A stretch of 64,000 bases of DNA. It comes from Styela clava (taxonomy: Eukaryota). Shown here one piece after another: positions 39,401 through 51,600 of this stretch; the first letter of the stretch is position 1, and the number at the start of each line of letters is the position of its first letter. Below the pieces are notes generated by a model. The model made no database searches, was not told the DNA's origin, and saw only the letters and a program-made list of their open reading frames with translations. A program made the translations under genes and the position numbers. Location: contig NC_135250.1 in NCBI RefSeq assembly GCF_964204865.1, positions 14,694,001 to 14,758,000 of the forward strand. The letters are read 5' to 3'.

Positions 39401-42400
39401 CCTTCGCAAGTTTCTTATGAATATATTGAACCACAGCGGCAAACCTCAAAAGCAGTTGTTTCTTCAAAATTTGAGCCACCTCCTTATGGACACAGGAAAG
39501 GCTTTGTTCCGCGAAATGAACAAGATTTTGGTGATGGTGGTGCATTCCCTGAAATTCACTTAGCTCAATATCCTTTGGTATATTTTCAAATAATTCTCTT
39601 TTAATTATCTATTTTATTTAATATTACTACTTTATTAGGTTTTTAAATTGTTCAACCAGCAGCATTTTGAATGTATATATCAGGGGTTATATTGATTTTT
39701 TCATATAAAAGTTAATGATTTTTTGAATCAAAAAGCTCTCATACCTCACTTCACCTCACTGGTCAAAATTGTGCCAATAGAATAGTAGGTTTCATCATCT
39801 GAAATTTTCTATTATAATGTTTTGCTTTTCAATCATAATTCACCTTAAAGGAGTTCATTAGCATGAATTTTAAGACCAATTTCTTACTTCAGAAAAATCC
39901 CGATTTCTTAAATGAAAACATGTATTTGTTGTTTTCACATTATGATGGTGGTTATGATATGCGTAACTGACCATTTCTTTGAGCAAGACGAGCCAATATT
40001 TCTAGGGAGAAAACTAGCTTCCGTTTTGGAAAGTTTTTTCAAGATAATCGATATAAGTTTATTTACTCAGACGAATGTACGATTGAATATGATCATTACA
40101 ATAGGAACAACGAAAATAAGATAATATTGAAAGTCGAAAGATATTGACGTTTTGTTTACTTCAGGGTCTTGGACTGAACAAATCAAAAAAATCTAATGCG
40201 CTTGCAGTGAAACTTGATGCAGAAGGAAAAGTACGTTATGATGTCATAGCTAAACAAGGGCATAGTAAAGATAGGGTAAGTACTTCTACTTATTATATAT
40301 GTCGTTACTATAGGCATAGTATTATTTGGTAACATTTGTGTTTGTTTGATATTTTTTTAAGCATTTAGATGACAACCTTGCTCATTACTTTTATTCATGT
40401 GCTATTGATAATGCATGACATTAAAACTTTGTCTGTCAAAGATCCAAAATAATTTTGATTAATTCATCACAATAACTATGAGTCATCATTTACATTTGCA
40501 ATACAATTTTGAAATATGACAGTTTCTATTATTGGATTCGGAATTTAGAATCTATATTCTGAATCATGGCATCAAGATTTTGGGAATTATTTCAGATTAC
40601 TAAAGTTGAAAGGTGAAATTGTCCGGAGTAACACTTCAAACAATGAGAAAAGTGCCAAAGTAGTATTTGATCTATATTTCTTTGCAATCTGAACAAACTT
40701 ATATCTAGATTACAATAAGTAAATCAAACCGATAATACCATACTTTAGTTTTCTTGTCATACAGAACAGTTAATTTTTTATGCTTATTTCGAAAGAAAAA
40801 TTAGCCCAGGAACCAAAATTAGTCACTGGACCTGATAATTTGTTTTTGTAGGTTGTTCACAGTAAATTTTCCGACTTAATTCCAAAAGAAATATTGGATG
40901 AAGATGACCCAGAGTTGCAAAGACCAGATGAAGAGGCTGTGGAAGAGGTGAATATTATTTATAGTCATCACCATTGTTATGGAGTGGGAGGATACAATTA
41001 TCATTTTTTATATTAGTTACATTTCGAGTTTCATTTTTTGATTTTAATGAAATTATTTAAATTAAATCCATACAAAAATGAAATAAGGTAAGTTGTAGCT
41101 GAAGGATGGTCATTGCATATCATCTAAAGATTTTTTATGTAGTTTATTTGACGCTACTGGTGTTTTGCTTTATTAAGTCTTGTTTTTTATGTTACAGACA
41201 ACAGAAGCAACCCGCAGGGCTTTGGAAAAACTGACAAATGAAAAAATCTCAGCCGCAATGCCTGTAAAGCGTGCAGAAGCAAGAGCACCAGCACAATATA
41301 TAAGGTAAATCATCTTAGGCACTGTGAAACTTCTGATTTGTGTGACAACAATGTTACGAGTAAGAATATGAAATCCAAAACAGTGTTTACATTTACATTA
41401 AACATTTTAAAATCTGTATGGACGATATTGGATTGTACTTCAATACAATGGTTTTCATATCAAAAAGACAGCAGCAAATTTCTAATTGAATTGGATTTTC
41501 TGCTTTTAATTGCATACTTTTGTCGTACTTTTGTTTAATTATATTTTGTGTTTTTGACATTTTGTGTCGATTTTAAATGATCACTGTTCCGCAAAATTAG
41601 TTTTTTTACCGGTCCACAAACTGAAAAATGTTGAAAACCACTGCTGCAACCACCACTGTGGATGAACTTTTCAAAAATATAATATATATATTCTTTTTTG
41701 ACTCTATTTTTGCTTATTAATGAAACGAGTTGATCATATATTTGAAACAGGTATACTCCATCACAACAAGGAATGTCGTACAACTCTGGAGCGAAACAGA
41801 GAGTAATACGGATGGTGGAAGTACAATCAGATCCTATGGATCCACCTAAATTCAAGTAAAAATTCAACACATTTTCATAAATAATAGATTAGGTGTAGTA
41901 ATATTAATGTAGTATGGATGGCGCGACAGAAGCATGTAAGACTGGTGAGTTCGGGCCCCTCTTATTAAGACAATCTGGAAAATGTTGAAAAATCAACTAA
42001 AAAGCACCAGACATGCATAAGACTGGGAGTAAATATCTGGAACAAATCTTCGTCATACCATAGTATACCTGGGGTGCCGGTGGACTTTCACTTTTACTTA
42101 CAGGCCGTGAACAATGCTCGATAAACATCCAGATTCCTCAGTTGTCCCACACTCGAAGATAGTGAAATACAGTTCATATTATTCCATAATTGCTCAGGGA
42201 TAATTAGATTGCATGTGGTTTCTCAAATTGCTTAGTTATTGTCAGCATCTTGGTTTTGTGAGCTCGCAGAAAATATATTTTTTCCAATATGAATTTTTAG
42301 AACGAATAAAAAGATTCCGAGAGGTCCTCCAAGTCCTCCTGCTCCAGTGATGCATTCGCCAAATAGGAAAGTTTCCGTTAAAGAGCAGCAAGATTGGAAA

Positions 42401-45400
42401 ATTCCTCCGTGCATTTCCAACTGGAAAAATGCCAAGGTAATTGAATTTGAAATCATAATATTCTGTTATATGCATCCAAGTGATAACTGACAAGCTGACG
42501 GTTTTCCAATATTTTTGTGTTACTGATTCCTATATAGCAGAGGTTCTCAAAGTTCCTAATACGGTGCTCCCGGGCTCTGTGAGAGAAAACCTAGTGGCTT
42601 CGCGAGGTTTTTATTTACTTACTAAAATACTGACTTGCCTTATTTTGTAACTGTTCTTATTTTGTAACGACGACTGCATTAATGAAACGAGACGATAATT
42701 TAAATATGACATTGCCATATCTAGTTCGAATAGATATTTTAAATACCACCTTGTTGCCACAATTTGAATATTCTTTAAATACAAATAAGCAAATAGATCC
42801 GAGTCATTAAATGAAGTGAAATTCAAGCAATTTTAATTTACTCAGGAACATTAACCGGTAAGAAAATAATGTGTTTTATTTTTATGATTTTTATAAATTT
42901 ATGGCGGAGCTCCGTAAATAAGAGTCAACCTCTTCACAGGCTCCATAACACCATAAGTTTGAGAACCCCTGGGATGGGATGTGAACCTATTTGTTAAGAC
43001 ACTATGAGGAATGTTACTTCGTTAAAGTGTTTTTATATTTTTCTAATATATTTCTAATTTTGAACTGCAGGGTTATACAATTCCTCTTGACAAACGTCTT
43101 GCAGCAGATGGCAGAGGATTACAGAGTGTTCACATCAATGAAAACTTTGCTAAACTTGCGGAGGCTCTTTATATTGCGGACAGAAAAGTAGGTTTGTTTG
43201 ATGAATAGCCAATTGGATTAAGATATAATTTCATATCTCAAGGGAGAAAAAACGCAATGATTGAAATCATTAGAAATCGTATAGCAAAACATGGCTTTCT
43301 ATTATTTTGATTTGTCACAATGCATTGAACCTACACATATTTGGGACTATGTATATGTGATTTAATGCCATTAGATTTTATTTCTTATGAGATGGGTCTG
43401 TTAAGAGACTGGGAATGTAAAATATTTAAATGAAAAAATTTGTTTTTTCAATTACTATTTTTTTATGCGAATCCCAACAATGATGGTTATAGGAAAACTG
43501 AAAACAATGTTGGCAGTGGCACCACATGTATTAAAATTGGAAGCCAGCTTTATAGCTAATCTGAATGTATTTTTGAATTAGCTTTGCTTGAAAATAAACA
43601 TCTTAAATATCTTATATAATTTTTGGCTCAATATTTTTCACTTTGCGTTGAGGTTTTGATAAATTGACATCTTTGGCATTACCATAACATTTTTTAATCA
43701 CAAGGCACGAGAAGCAGTGGAAATGAGAGCACAAGTAGAAAGAAAGATTGCTTCTAAGGAGAAAGAATCGAAAGAGAAACAACTCCGAAAACTTGCTGAA
43801 GATGCAAGGATGAAAAGAGTTGGAATCCGGCCTGAGGGAAAAGGTTGGTTGTGTTATATTTGGACAAATTCACAACCATATTTACAATACATTACTTTGA
43901 TCCACTCTCTCAATGTCAAAAAATGCATTGCTGTAATAGGATTTGGGAGATTTGTGTTTTGGTGGCCCAATAAATACCTGGAGTTATGCATTATTTTTAG
44001 TATGTCCAATGATCTGCAACTTCAGATATACTGAACTATTCCGGTTATAACTGGATGCTTGACATGGCTTGACATGGTAACAACCATTCAAGATGTTTTA
44101 AATGTGATGCTTACATGCATAAGAGTTTGTCAAGAGTTTTTCTGTATAGTCACACACGATTCATCTGACGGAGGCCAAACTTTGTCAGACAGGCTTCTTT
44201 TGCATCCAAATTGCATTTCGAACCCAGAACCTCTGGACTGGAATTTCAGCAAGGTACTCATTGTGCTTTGGAAACTGCATTTTAAAAACTTATACACTTG
44301 CTGCAATCATAGTATCTGTATAGATATTAAATTTCGTGATCTGACCTATGTCAATTAAAACATTTTTAAAAGCCTCTAAGCTGTTGCGGTTAACGACTAT
44401 GACAAAAAGTAATTTGCCTAACCAAGTCATAAATAACATACTTGCCTACAACGATGCTTGGTGAAAAATTTTTAAAAAAAAATCAGAAACAAAAAGTATT
44501 GGACATAATGCCACATATTTCTATACAATTTTAGATAAGGATTTGCAAGAAAGAGAAGATCTTCGTAAAGAACGTCATCGAGATAGGCAAAGAGAGAGAA
44601 ACATTGCTCGTGCTGCTCCTGACAAAAGGTAGGAATTTGACATGCTTGGAATATCTAAATATATATATGAAGTCAAGAAAAACTTAAAAAAACATATTTA
44701 TATAGAAATAATGTTTTTGGCTGGGAAGCCATCAAGCAACATAACATATCGTATTACTGGAGGAGAATTGTATTTTTGCTTTCAACATTGTCCGCTTTAT
44801 TAAAAGTGTCATTTTGTTCAGAAATCGCCTGAGAGAAGAGAGAGATATAAGTGAAGAAGTTGCATTAGGATTACCAAACGCTCGACGATCACAAGATTCC
44901 ATGTTTGATCAACGACTGTTCAATAAAACAAGGGTAAGAAAACATTGCATTAGTTCATTATTTAGGTGGCTGTAATGTTAAAATTTAGTGATGGTGTTTT
45001 CTGACAGACATAGAATAACTTCTGATTGCACCAGTATTGTGTGAAGATATGTTCGGAAACATCTCCAACATAGCAGTTGTTTGGGAATTTTAGCTCTGTT
45101 TAGATATCACAAATGCTTTGTTTAACAAACAATTATATCTAGCAATATTTCCATTGTTTCAGGGTATGGACAGTGGTTTTGCAGGAGGTGAAGATGACAT
45201 GTATAATGTGTATGATCAAGCTTGGAGAAGTGAAAAAAATATCGGTAATAGCATTTATCGACCTCGCGCTGATAAAGACAAAGACTTATATGGAGATGAT
45301 GATGTCGATAAAATGATCAAATCGAATAAGTGAGTTTCGGTTTAAAGAGATTATGGATTGTGATATGAATGAGTGAATGATTTGTGTTGGATCTAGATAT

Positions 45401-46342
45401 TGTGAAAACTTTGGAACCATTCCTCTCTTGACAATTTGAGATATCAGATAATTAAGTTGATGCTCATTCTGAACATATTGTCAAAAAAACGTATGAAAGT
45501 GAATGACGGATGATTTTTGTGTAAACAAAAATCTTCAATGATGCGGATCTTAATTAAGAACTCTTGCGTAGTCATCTGCTTAATATGTTTCTATTATTTT
45601 CAAATTGGTTTTCTGCTAGTTCCATCATAAATTGGATATGTCACTGGAACAATTTTCGTTGTGAGAACCCTGCACTTGATTAGTTATGTTAACTTCATCT
45701 TTGCTGCCAATAATCTTCCATAAAGATTCTGAAAATCAACCAACAGTTATTTCTGCCTTCTAGATTTGTTGCTGATCGTGGATTTGAAGGAGCTGATCAT
45801 TCTCGTGAAAGAGAAGGACCTGTACAATTTGAACGAGATGAAGACGATCCTTTTGGTTTGAATAAATTCTTGGAACAAGCTAAACAGGTCAGTGTATAGT
45901 TCGAGAACAATGATGGGTTTTTAAATGCAGTAAGAAATCAAAGATTCCAATTCTGAAGTATATATAAAGGAGCTAGTATGGTTAAGACTTGAGGCGTTTC
46001 CAAGACATTTTGGAGAACTTTTTATTTAAAAACATTGCAAGAAATAGATGCTTCTTATTGAGCTAGTATCTAATCATAGTTTGAAGAAGCAATATTCAGG
46101 AAATTATTTTAATAAGAAGTTGAAGGCGTAAAAAATGTAATTTTTTCCGATTTTCTCAGAGCAGTATTAAGTTTTGCTCTTTGATCTGTCGACTTTTAGT
46201 ACCATTAATAAAATTGAAAGAATTTTCAGTTTATTTTGGGTAAATACCATTGCTTTTTTTTATATTTTTATAGGCAAGTAAGCGACCGGCGGAGTCCGGG
46301 AGCAGTCGTTCTAGAGATGAAAGAAAGAGAAGCCGCAAGTGA
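36449..46342 (+). CDS. SNW1: SNW domain-containing protein 1 (SKIP/Prp45). Exons: 36449-36465, 39388-39577, 40165-40275, 40852-40947, 41198-41304, 41751-41855, 42301-42436, 43071-43187, 43705-43843, 44535-44628, 44822-44933, 45163-45329, 45764-45887, 46274-46342
   Basis: [116 protein letters not shown]..DPFGL. All junctions are GT-AG and in phase. Confidence 0.97.
36524..36568. repeat. Short tandem array of GTTCAGAA-like units at the 5' end of SNW1 intron 1
   Basis: TTCAGTTCAGAACC x2 then GTTCAGAAA GTTCAGACC. Confidence 0.7.
37078..37921. mobile_element. GGG-ended TIR element (MULE- or Merlin-like), outer copy
   Basis: TIR GGGTCT(A/C)GTGAAGTAAACGCCGT at both ends; perfect 8-bp TSD CAATTTTG (37070-37077, 37922-37929). 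Confidence 0.88.
37124..37552. mobile_element. GGG-ended long-TIR (foldback-like) element nested in the previous one
   Basis: About 130-bp imperfect inverted repeats starting GGGTCTC(A/G)TGTAGTTTC; TSD GAAATATC/GAAATAAC (7/8). Confidence 0.85.
38447..39299. mobile_element. hAT (Charlie-like) non-autonomous element in SNW1 intron 1
   Basis: CAGGGGTGTGCAACC ... GCGGGCCGCACTTTGCATACCCTTG; TSD eroded. Confidence 0.72.
42538..42971. mobile_element. hAT MITE in SNW1 intron 7
   Basis: CAGAGGTTCTCAAA / TTTGAGAACCCCTG TIRs; TSD not preserved. Confidence 0.7.
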
Positions 46343-46529
46343 ATGATCACTGCTCAACGACATTCGAATGTTTATTAGCTCGCTATACTTGTTCTAGTGG
46401 CAGTCAAAGATAAACCATTGCCGAAAAACTAACAATATTTGTATGTGAGGAGTTGGATATTGTAAATGTTTTTCGTTTGTTTTTATTGCTGTTATCTTAT
46501 CATGGGCCGAATTTTATATGTAAAGTTTG

Positions 46530-46535
46530 AATAAA
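46530..46535 (+). terminator. Candidate SNW1 polyadenylation signal
   Basis: AATAAA about 190 nt after the TGA. Confidence 0.55.
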
Positions 46536-47121
46536 AAGCTCATTTGACTGTCTCATTCCAACTACTGTTTTAATTTAATTTAGATTTGTATTAAATTAAA
46601 ACATTGCTGATAAAAATCAATGGTCATTTTTCATCTTTCAATCAAAAATGATAGTGATGATGAATATTTTCTTGCTTTTATGAGAATAAATATTTCACTG
46701 GTGAATATTCAGAGGCTTAATGTTCATTCCTACCATACCTGTAGGCAGGGCACCCATTTGCCACAAACTAAAAAAAGGACTGTGGTGAAAACTACTTGTC
46801 CAAAGACATCAGCACAATTAATTGGCAACAAATTTATTTTATTGCAACACAAGATGTGCTTGGAGGGCAAGGGTAGAAAGCAGTATCCAGGAAGTGAATG
46901 AAGATTTACAGCATTCAATGATGAATTTCAGACAACAATCAAAGCTGCATCTGTTTTTTAACAATAAGTTTGATGTTGTGTTTATCTTGTGAAATTAAGG
47001 ACAAATGTTTGAAACAAAAACAAATTTTTAAAAATATACCAAAGAAGAATGTATTGGCCCCTATGCTTGTAGGAGTTTCTTTACCGTGATTGTTTCCCCA
47101 ATTGTGGCTTTTCTAGCAATG

Positions 47122-47763
47122 GAGTGGTTTCCGAACTGTGTGTGGCGAGAAGATTTTAACGGATCATTTTCTACAAATATTTTAATTTTCCTGCATTTGG
47201 AAATAAATATTCACAGTGAATTAATGTTGGAAGCAAAGTACCAGTGCTGATATCCGACATTCAGCCGCTGCATCGTTTATATATAGAGGAAAACAACAAT
47301 GTTTTGTATTACTTTGTTTAAATGTGGTTTTAAAAAAATTTACCTTGCAAATCAATGCCAATGGCGCGGCGGTGTGGCTCATCGTGCTGAGCGTTAGGAA
47401 TACAGCTGCGACACAGCACCTATGATTATTCTGCGTGGGTTTGCATCCCATGTGGGGATGGTGATGTGCGGGAGGATTGCTGGACTCCTTACCGCGGTAG
47501 GGTGGTTCACATAACCGCTGGTCGGTTGCGGCTCCCTCCACCATCAAGTCAATGCTTCCGAAAACAAATAACTAACTAATCCCATACCCGACATGGAATG
47601 GTAACCAGACGAGTGGCCGTGGTTTGCCATATGGTTAAGTCGTCTTATCAACTTTCCTCTTTCCCTGGATAAATATGTGAATCCTATTCTAATATAGTTG
47701 AAAATTTTCCAATTCGCCAGGCTTGCACTGCAGTAACAAAGTGCAAGAGTCTGGGAACCACTG
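47122..47763. mobile_element. Degenerate hAT MITE hosting a SINE insertion
   Basis: GAGTGGTTTCCGAAC left end and TCTGGGAACCACTG right end. Confidence 0.5.
47364..47690 (+). mobile_element. tRNA-derived SINE (about 330 bp)
   Basis: GC-rich island with A-box-like TGGCTCATCGTGCTG, B-box-like GGGTTTGCATCCC, a unique body and an AATCCTATTCTA tail; it does not fold into a complete cloverleaf. Confidence 0.7.
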
Positions 47764-48618
47764 CACTGAAGCATGAGGAACAACTCTTCTCCACATAATC
47801 GCCGTAATTTAAAGGCTGCTATCTGATCTTGAAAGCTGTTGGCTGAAAATAACTACAACTCCTGTTTTATTGAATAAACCTACAATCACTAATACCGTTT
47901 TTTCATGTCATGGTTTTGTGTACAATTCAACTGATCATTGAGTGGATAATAGGCTTGCTTGCATAGACTTTAGGATATTGCCATATAAACACTGAAAGTT
48001 GTAAGTCGACCCTTTCATGACATAAAGTTAAATCATTTTCATGTAATTGGTGTCTGCACCATGAAGATCACTCCGAGATATTTAAATAAAATTTCTTTTA
48101 TTAATATGATCAAATACACACAATAAAAATAAAGATTAAATATTTGGATCTCAAAAGGATACAACTCGTGTAACTATTGGTTTTATCTAATTAATTTATT
48201 TAGGCATAACATGATAATAATAGCGAACTAGCATAGGAATGTAATAAGCAGATACAGTAATTTAGTATATTGTTATAAGCTTTATTGTGGTTATATATTG
48301 AAGAAGTATAAATGCATATAAGTTTATAAAATTAGTTGAAGAAACACAGTTTTGTTTAAAAACGGGATTTGACTAAAAACAGACAAATTTATTAAGCCAG
48401 TTCACAGATTATTATTAGACATGTCAGAATAACATAGCATGAGTTTTCTTAATATCTGATACCACATAATGCAAATCCGATGTGCATGCTTATACCGCAA
48501 ATTGTACTGATGGAATGGAATGTCATTCTATCCGATAAGTTGCATATACATTAACGGTAAATAAACAGTTAGATATAATAATGACAGTGATGAAGAATAG
48601 TTGGTGGCCACATATTTT

Positions 48619-51600
48619 TCAGCCTTGTTTTGGTTCCAATATATTTCTTTCAAAGACGGCCCCCTTTCTACCGTATGCTGTTATTAGATTATTCCAGAGC
48701 TCATCTACTTGAAGAAGATCCCGGTTTCCTACAAAATGTAAGTTCATGATAAGAACATATCACAACAACCCTGAGAAGAGCTTGGAAAATCCACCCATGG
48801 AAGATTTTATCTATCTGATATTTCACCACTCCAAATTCAACCCTTATTTCTGTTAAGATTAGTCACTTCCCTTAGATAATTTAGTCACTTCCCTGTACAT
48901 TATTGTGCTGGTTGTGTTTTAATACATCAGTGAGGCATGTTTAATATTACTATCAGAGAAAGCTGAAGTGGCTAAATGCAAGATTTGTCAAATTCCAGAG
49001 TTCATCTGGCAGAAAAGTTTTAGAGTTACTCATTATGTGTAGCTATTTGTAAAACTTTCACAAGAGAAAAAAAGGTTTTCTTACCAATAATGATTAGTCG
49101 ACGCCGTGCTCTCGTCAACGCAACATTAACCTGATTACGATCAATCAGAAATCCAAGATGTTTTCTCCGCCATTGAATATTTGGCATTGAAATTATGGAA
49201 GAATCGGGAAGTGATCTCACAGTGGATAGTATAACATAGTCTGCTTCACTACCTGTCGTAGAATTAAACAAAGACTTGGTGGTCAGAAAGTCACTTGCAC
49301 AAGAAAGCTCCAAGTATAATTAAAACTACTAATGTGTTCACACCTTGGCTTGTCACGACTGTTCCGACATGAACATCTTGCAAATTGCTGTGATTTCTTC
49401 TGATATTCTCTCGAATTCTTGCACATTGGGCAGTGTATGGTGACAAAATCATGATCCGATGTGTTTGAATTTTGGATGTGTGCAGTCTGATAAGAAGTTT
49501 TATCTAAAAATGGAAATGTGAAACCACCATTGACAAAAGTCACATTATAACAACAGGAGCAAGACTATGTAGCGCTGTCCTATGTTTTTCAAGTGTTGTT
49601 GGCATTGCTATAATTCAGCATGATTTGGAATGGAAATTGACTGGCAATGTCTAGCAATATTAATATGGTCTGATCCAACAGTCAATAACTGCCAATACTG
49701 TCAGCTATGCTATTAATTTTTTGCAGCGATAATTTTAATGATAAAAAGTAACCTAGTTCAAACAGTTAGTTTTAGGGTTGGAATCACAAAATTATTATTA
49801 GGGTACTTTACACTGACTTTTTGTGACATTATTACTCCACAAAAGGGAATTCAGTGCATTGCCCAATCCTCAGTAGTTATATAAAAAAAATTTGACAGGT
49901 CAAGCACACTTCACATACATTTTAAAGCAGTCGAATATTAAATATTTTGCATGGCAACATGCCAGAAGTTTATTTCTGAAAACAAAATCTCACATCTCAA
50001 TAGCCTCATATTTGGTATATCATTTTTACACAAACATATTTAAACCGAAAAATAAGTATTTCTTGAGTAACTATCTATCAGACAATAATATTGAATGCCA
50101 GAACTTACCACTGCTCGGACTTCTGTCATGTTGTATTTCGATTTTTCTCCACCTTCTGAAGATTTGAAGTTCTGAATTTTTTCTTCTCCTTTGACATTCC
50201 AAAACACTGCTGCCGTGTTTTTGATCCACTTAAATGGATCACATTTGTCTTTTGGTCTTTGCAAAACAGATTCATCACAGATAAGCCTATCTTCATAAAA
50301 CATTCTTGATGGAAAGTCCATGATTGTAGGATGCTGAAATATATAACAGATGGAAAAGATTACAAACAAGTTCTATCTGACAACGCTTTCAGCCACAACT
50401 TCTCATGTGGTGACCAGTTTGGCCAGGGTGAGAAAACCCAAGTAATCCTCACAGATTCATGAACTTGGTTAAAAAGGAAAGCCACAATTAACCAGTGGGG
50501 CCATGAATTACCTTGTGGTTTCTAGAATTCATGCAAACATCTTGAATAAAATCATATCACACAGGCCTTAAAACTGTAAACAAATAGAAGATAATTAAAC
50601 AAACATCCAATTTCTCCTTCAAAGTCATCGGATGATTTAAGCGCTATTGATTAATGGCGTTTGAATTTAGGGATTATGTGGTTTCCATTAAGCAATCTTC
50701 CAAGGTGATATGTCAATACCATATACCGGTAATATATATAAAAAATTGTTCTTGCTTATCAGTTATGATGGAAGATGAAAAGCCTTTAATTTGTTTAAAC
50801 TGTTACAGTCAGAGGTGACTTTTCAAGTTCTACCAATTATTATATAAGATCCCAGAAAACGATGGTACTATTTATCTATATTAATGTTTTAAACATCCTT
50901 CTGACAATTGGTGACTATTTATCTCTTTACCGCAGGAATGAAGATTAGTTGGAAATAGCGCATTTTCGATATAGAAACCAGTTCTTGAAAATGCGCTGTG
51001 TCAACTCTAATTCGGTTCCTGACCCATCCCTATTATATAAATACTTTGTGATCAAACTTATTATTTTATTTCAATTCAGGTTGATTCTTGTACAATGAAT
51101 GGAATAACCACAATATAGCACCAAGCCCATAAAAGTCAACACACCAGGCACATCATACTCACCATTCTGTATTGGATTGTAAGCATTCCAGCAAACTCAC
51201 TGTATCGATTGAAAAGTGAGCTACTGAGTCCAAGTCTTTCAGCAGTTGAACATTTGATTACAGGCCTCAGTTGTTTATGATCTCCAATAAGCACAACCTG
51301 AATGTAAAATATCATATTATATATTTTCAGAGTGAGGCAAATCCCTTCTCCCACCTTTTATATTCCTACTTTGGTAATGCTGTTGCAGTTATTCACCTTA
51401 TTTAGGCAAATTTATGTTATTAAAGAACTGCCATTTTGTACTTTTGTTGTCTTCTAGAAATTGATTGAATTGAAAGTGATTTATTATAAAGTTTCAAAAA
51501 AATTCTCATGCATAAATATGACTTGGGCAGGTAAACGCTGTGCATTTATTGGGGAATGTTTTCTCACTATAACAGAGAATATTTAACTGAAAATGTTCTT

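Noticed and set aside
47364-47460. Possible tRNA gene
   Set aside because: A/B-box-like motifs are present but there is no complete cloverleaf or terminator and a long unrelated body follows; better explained as a SINE.
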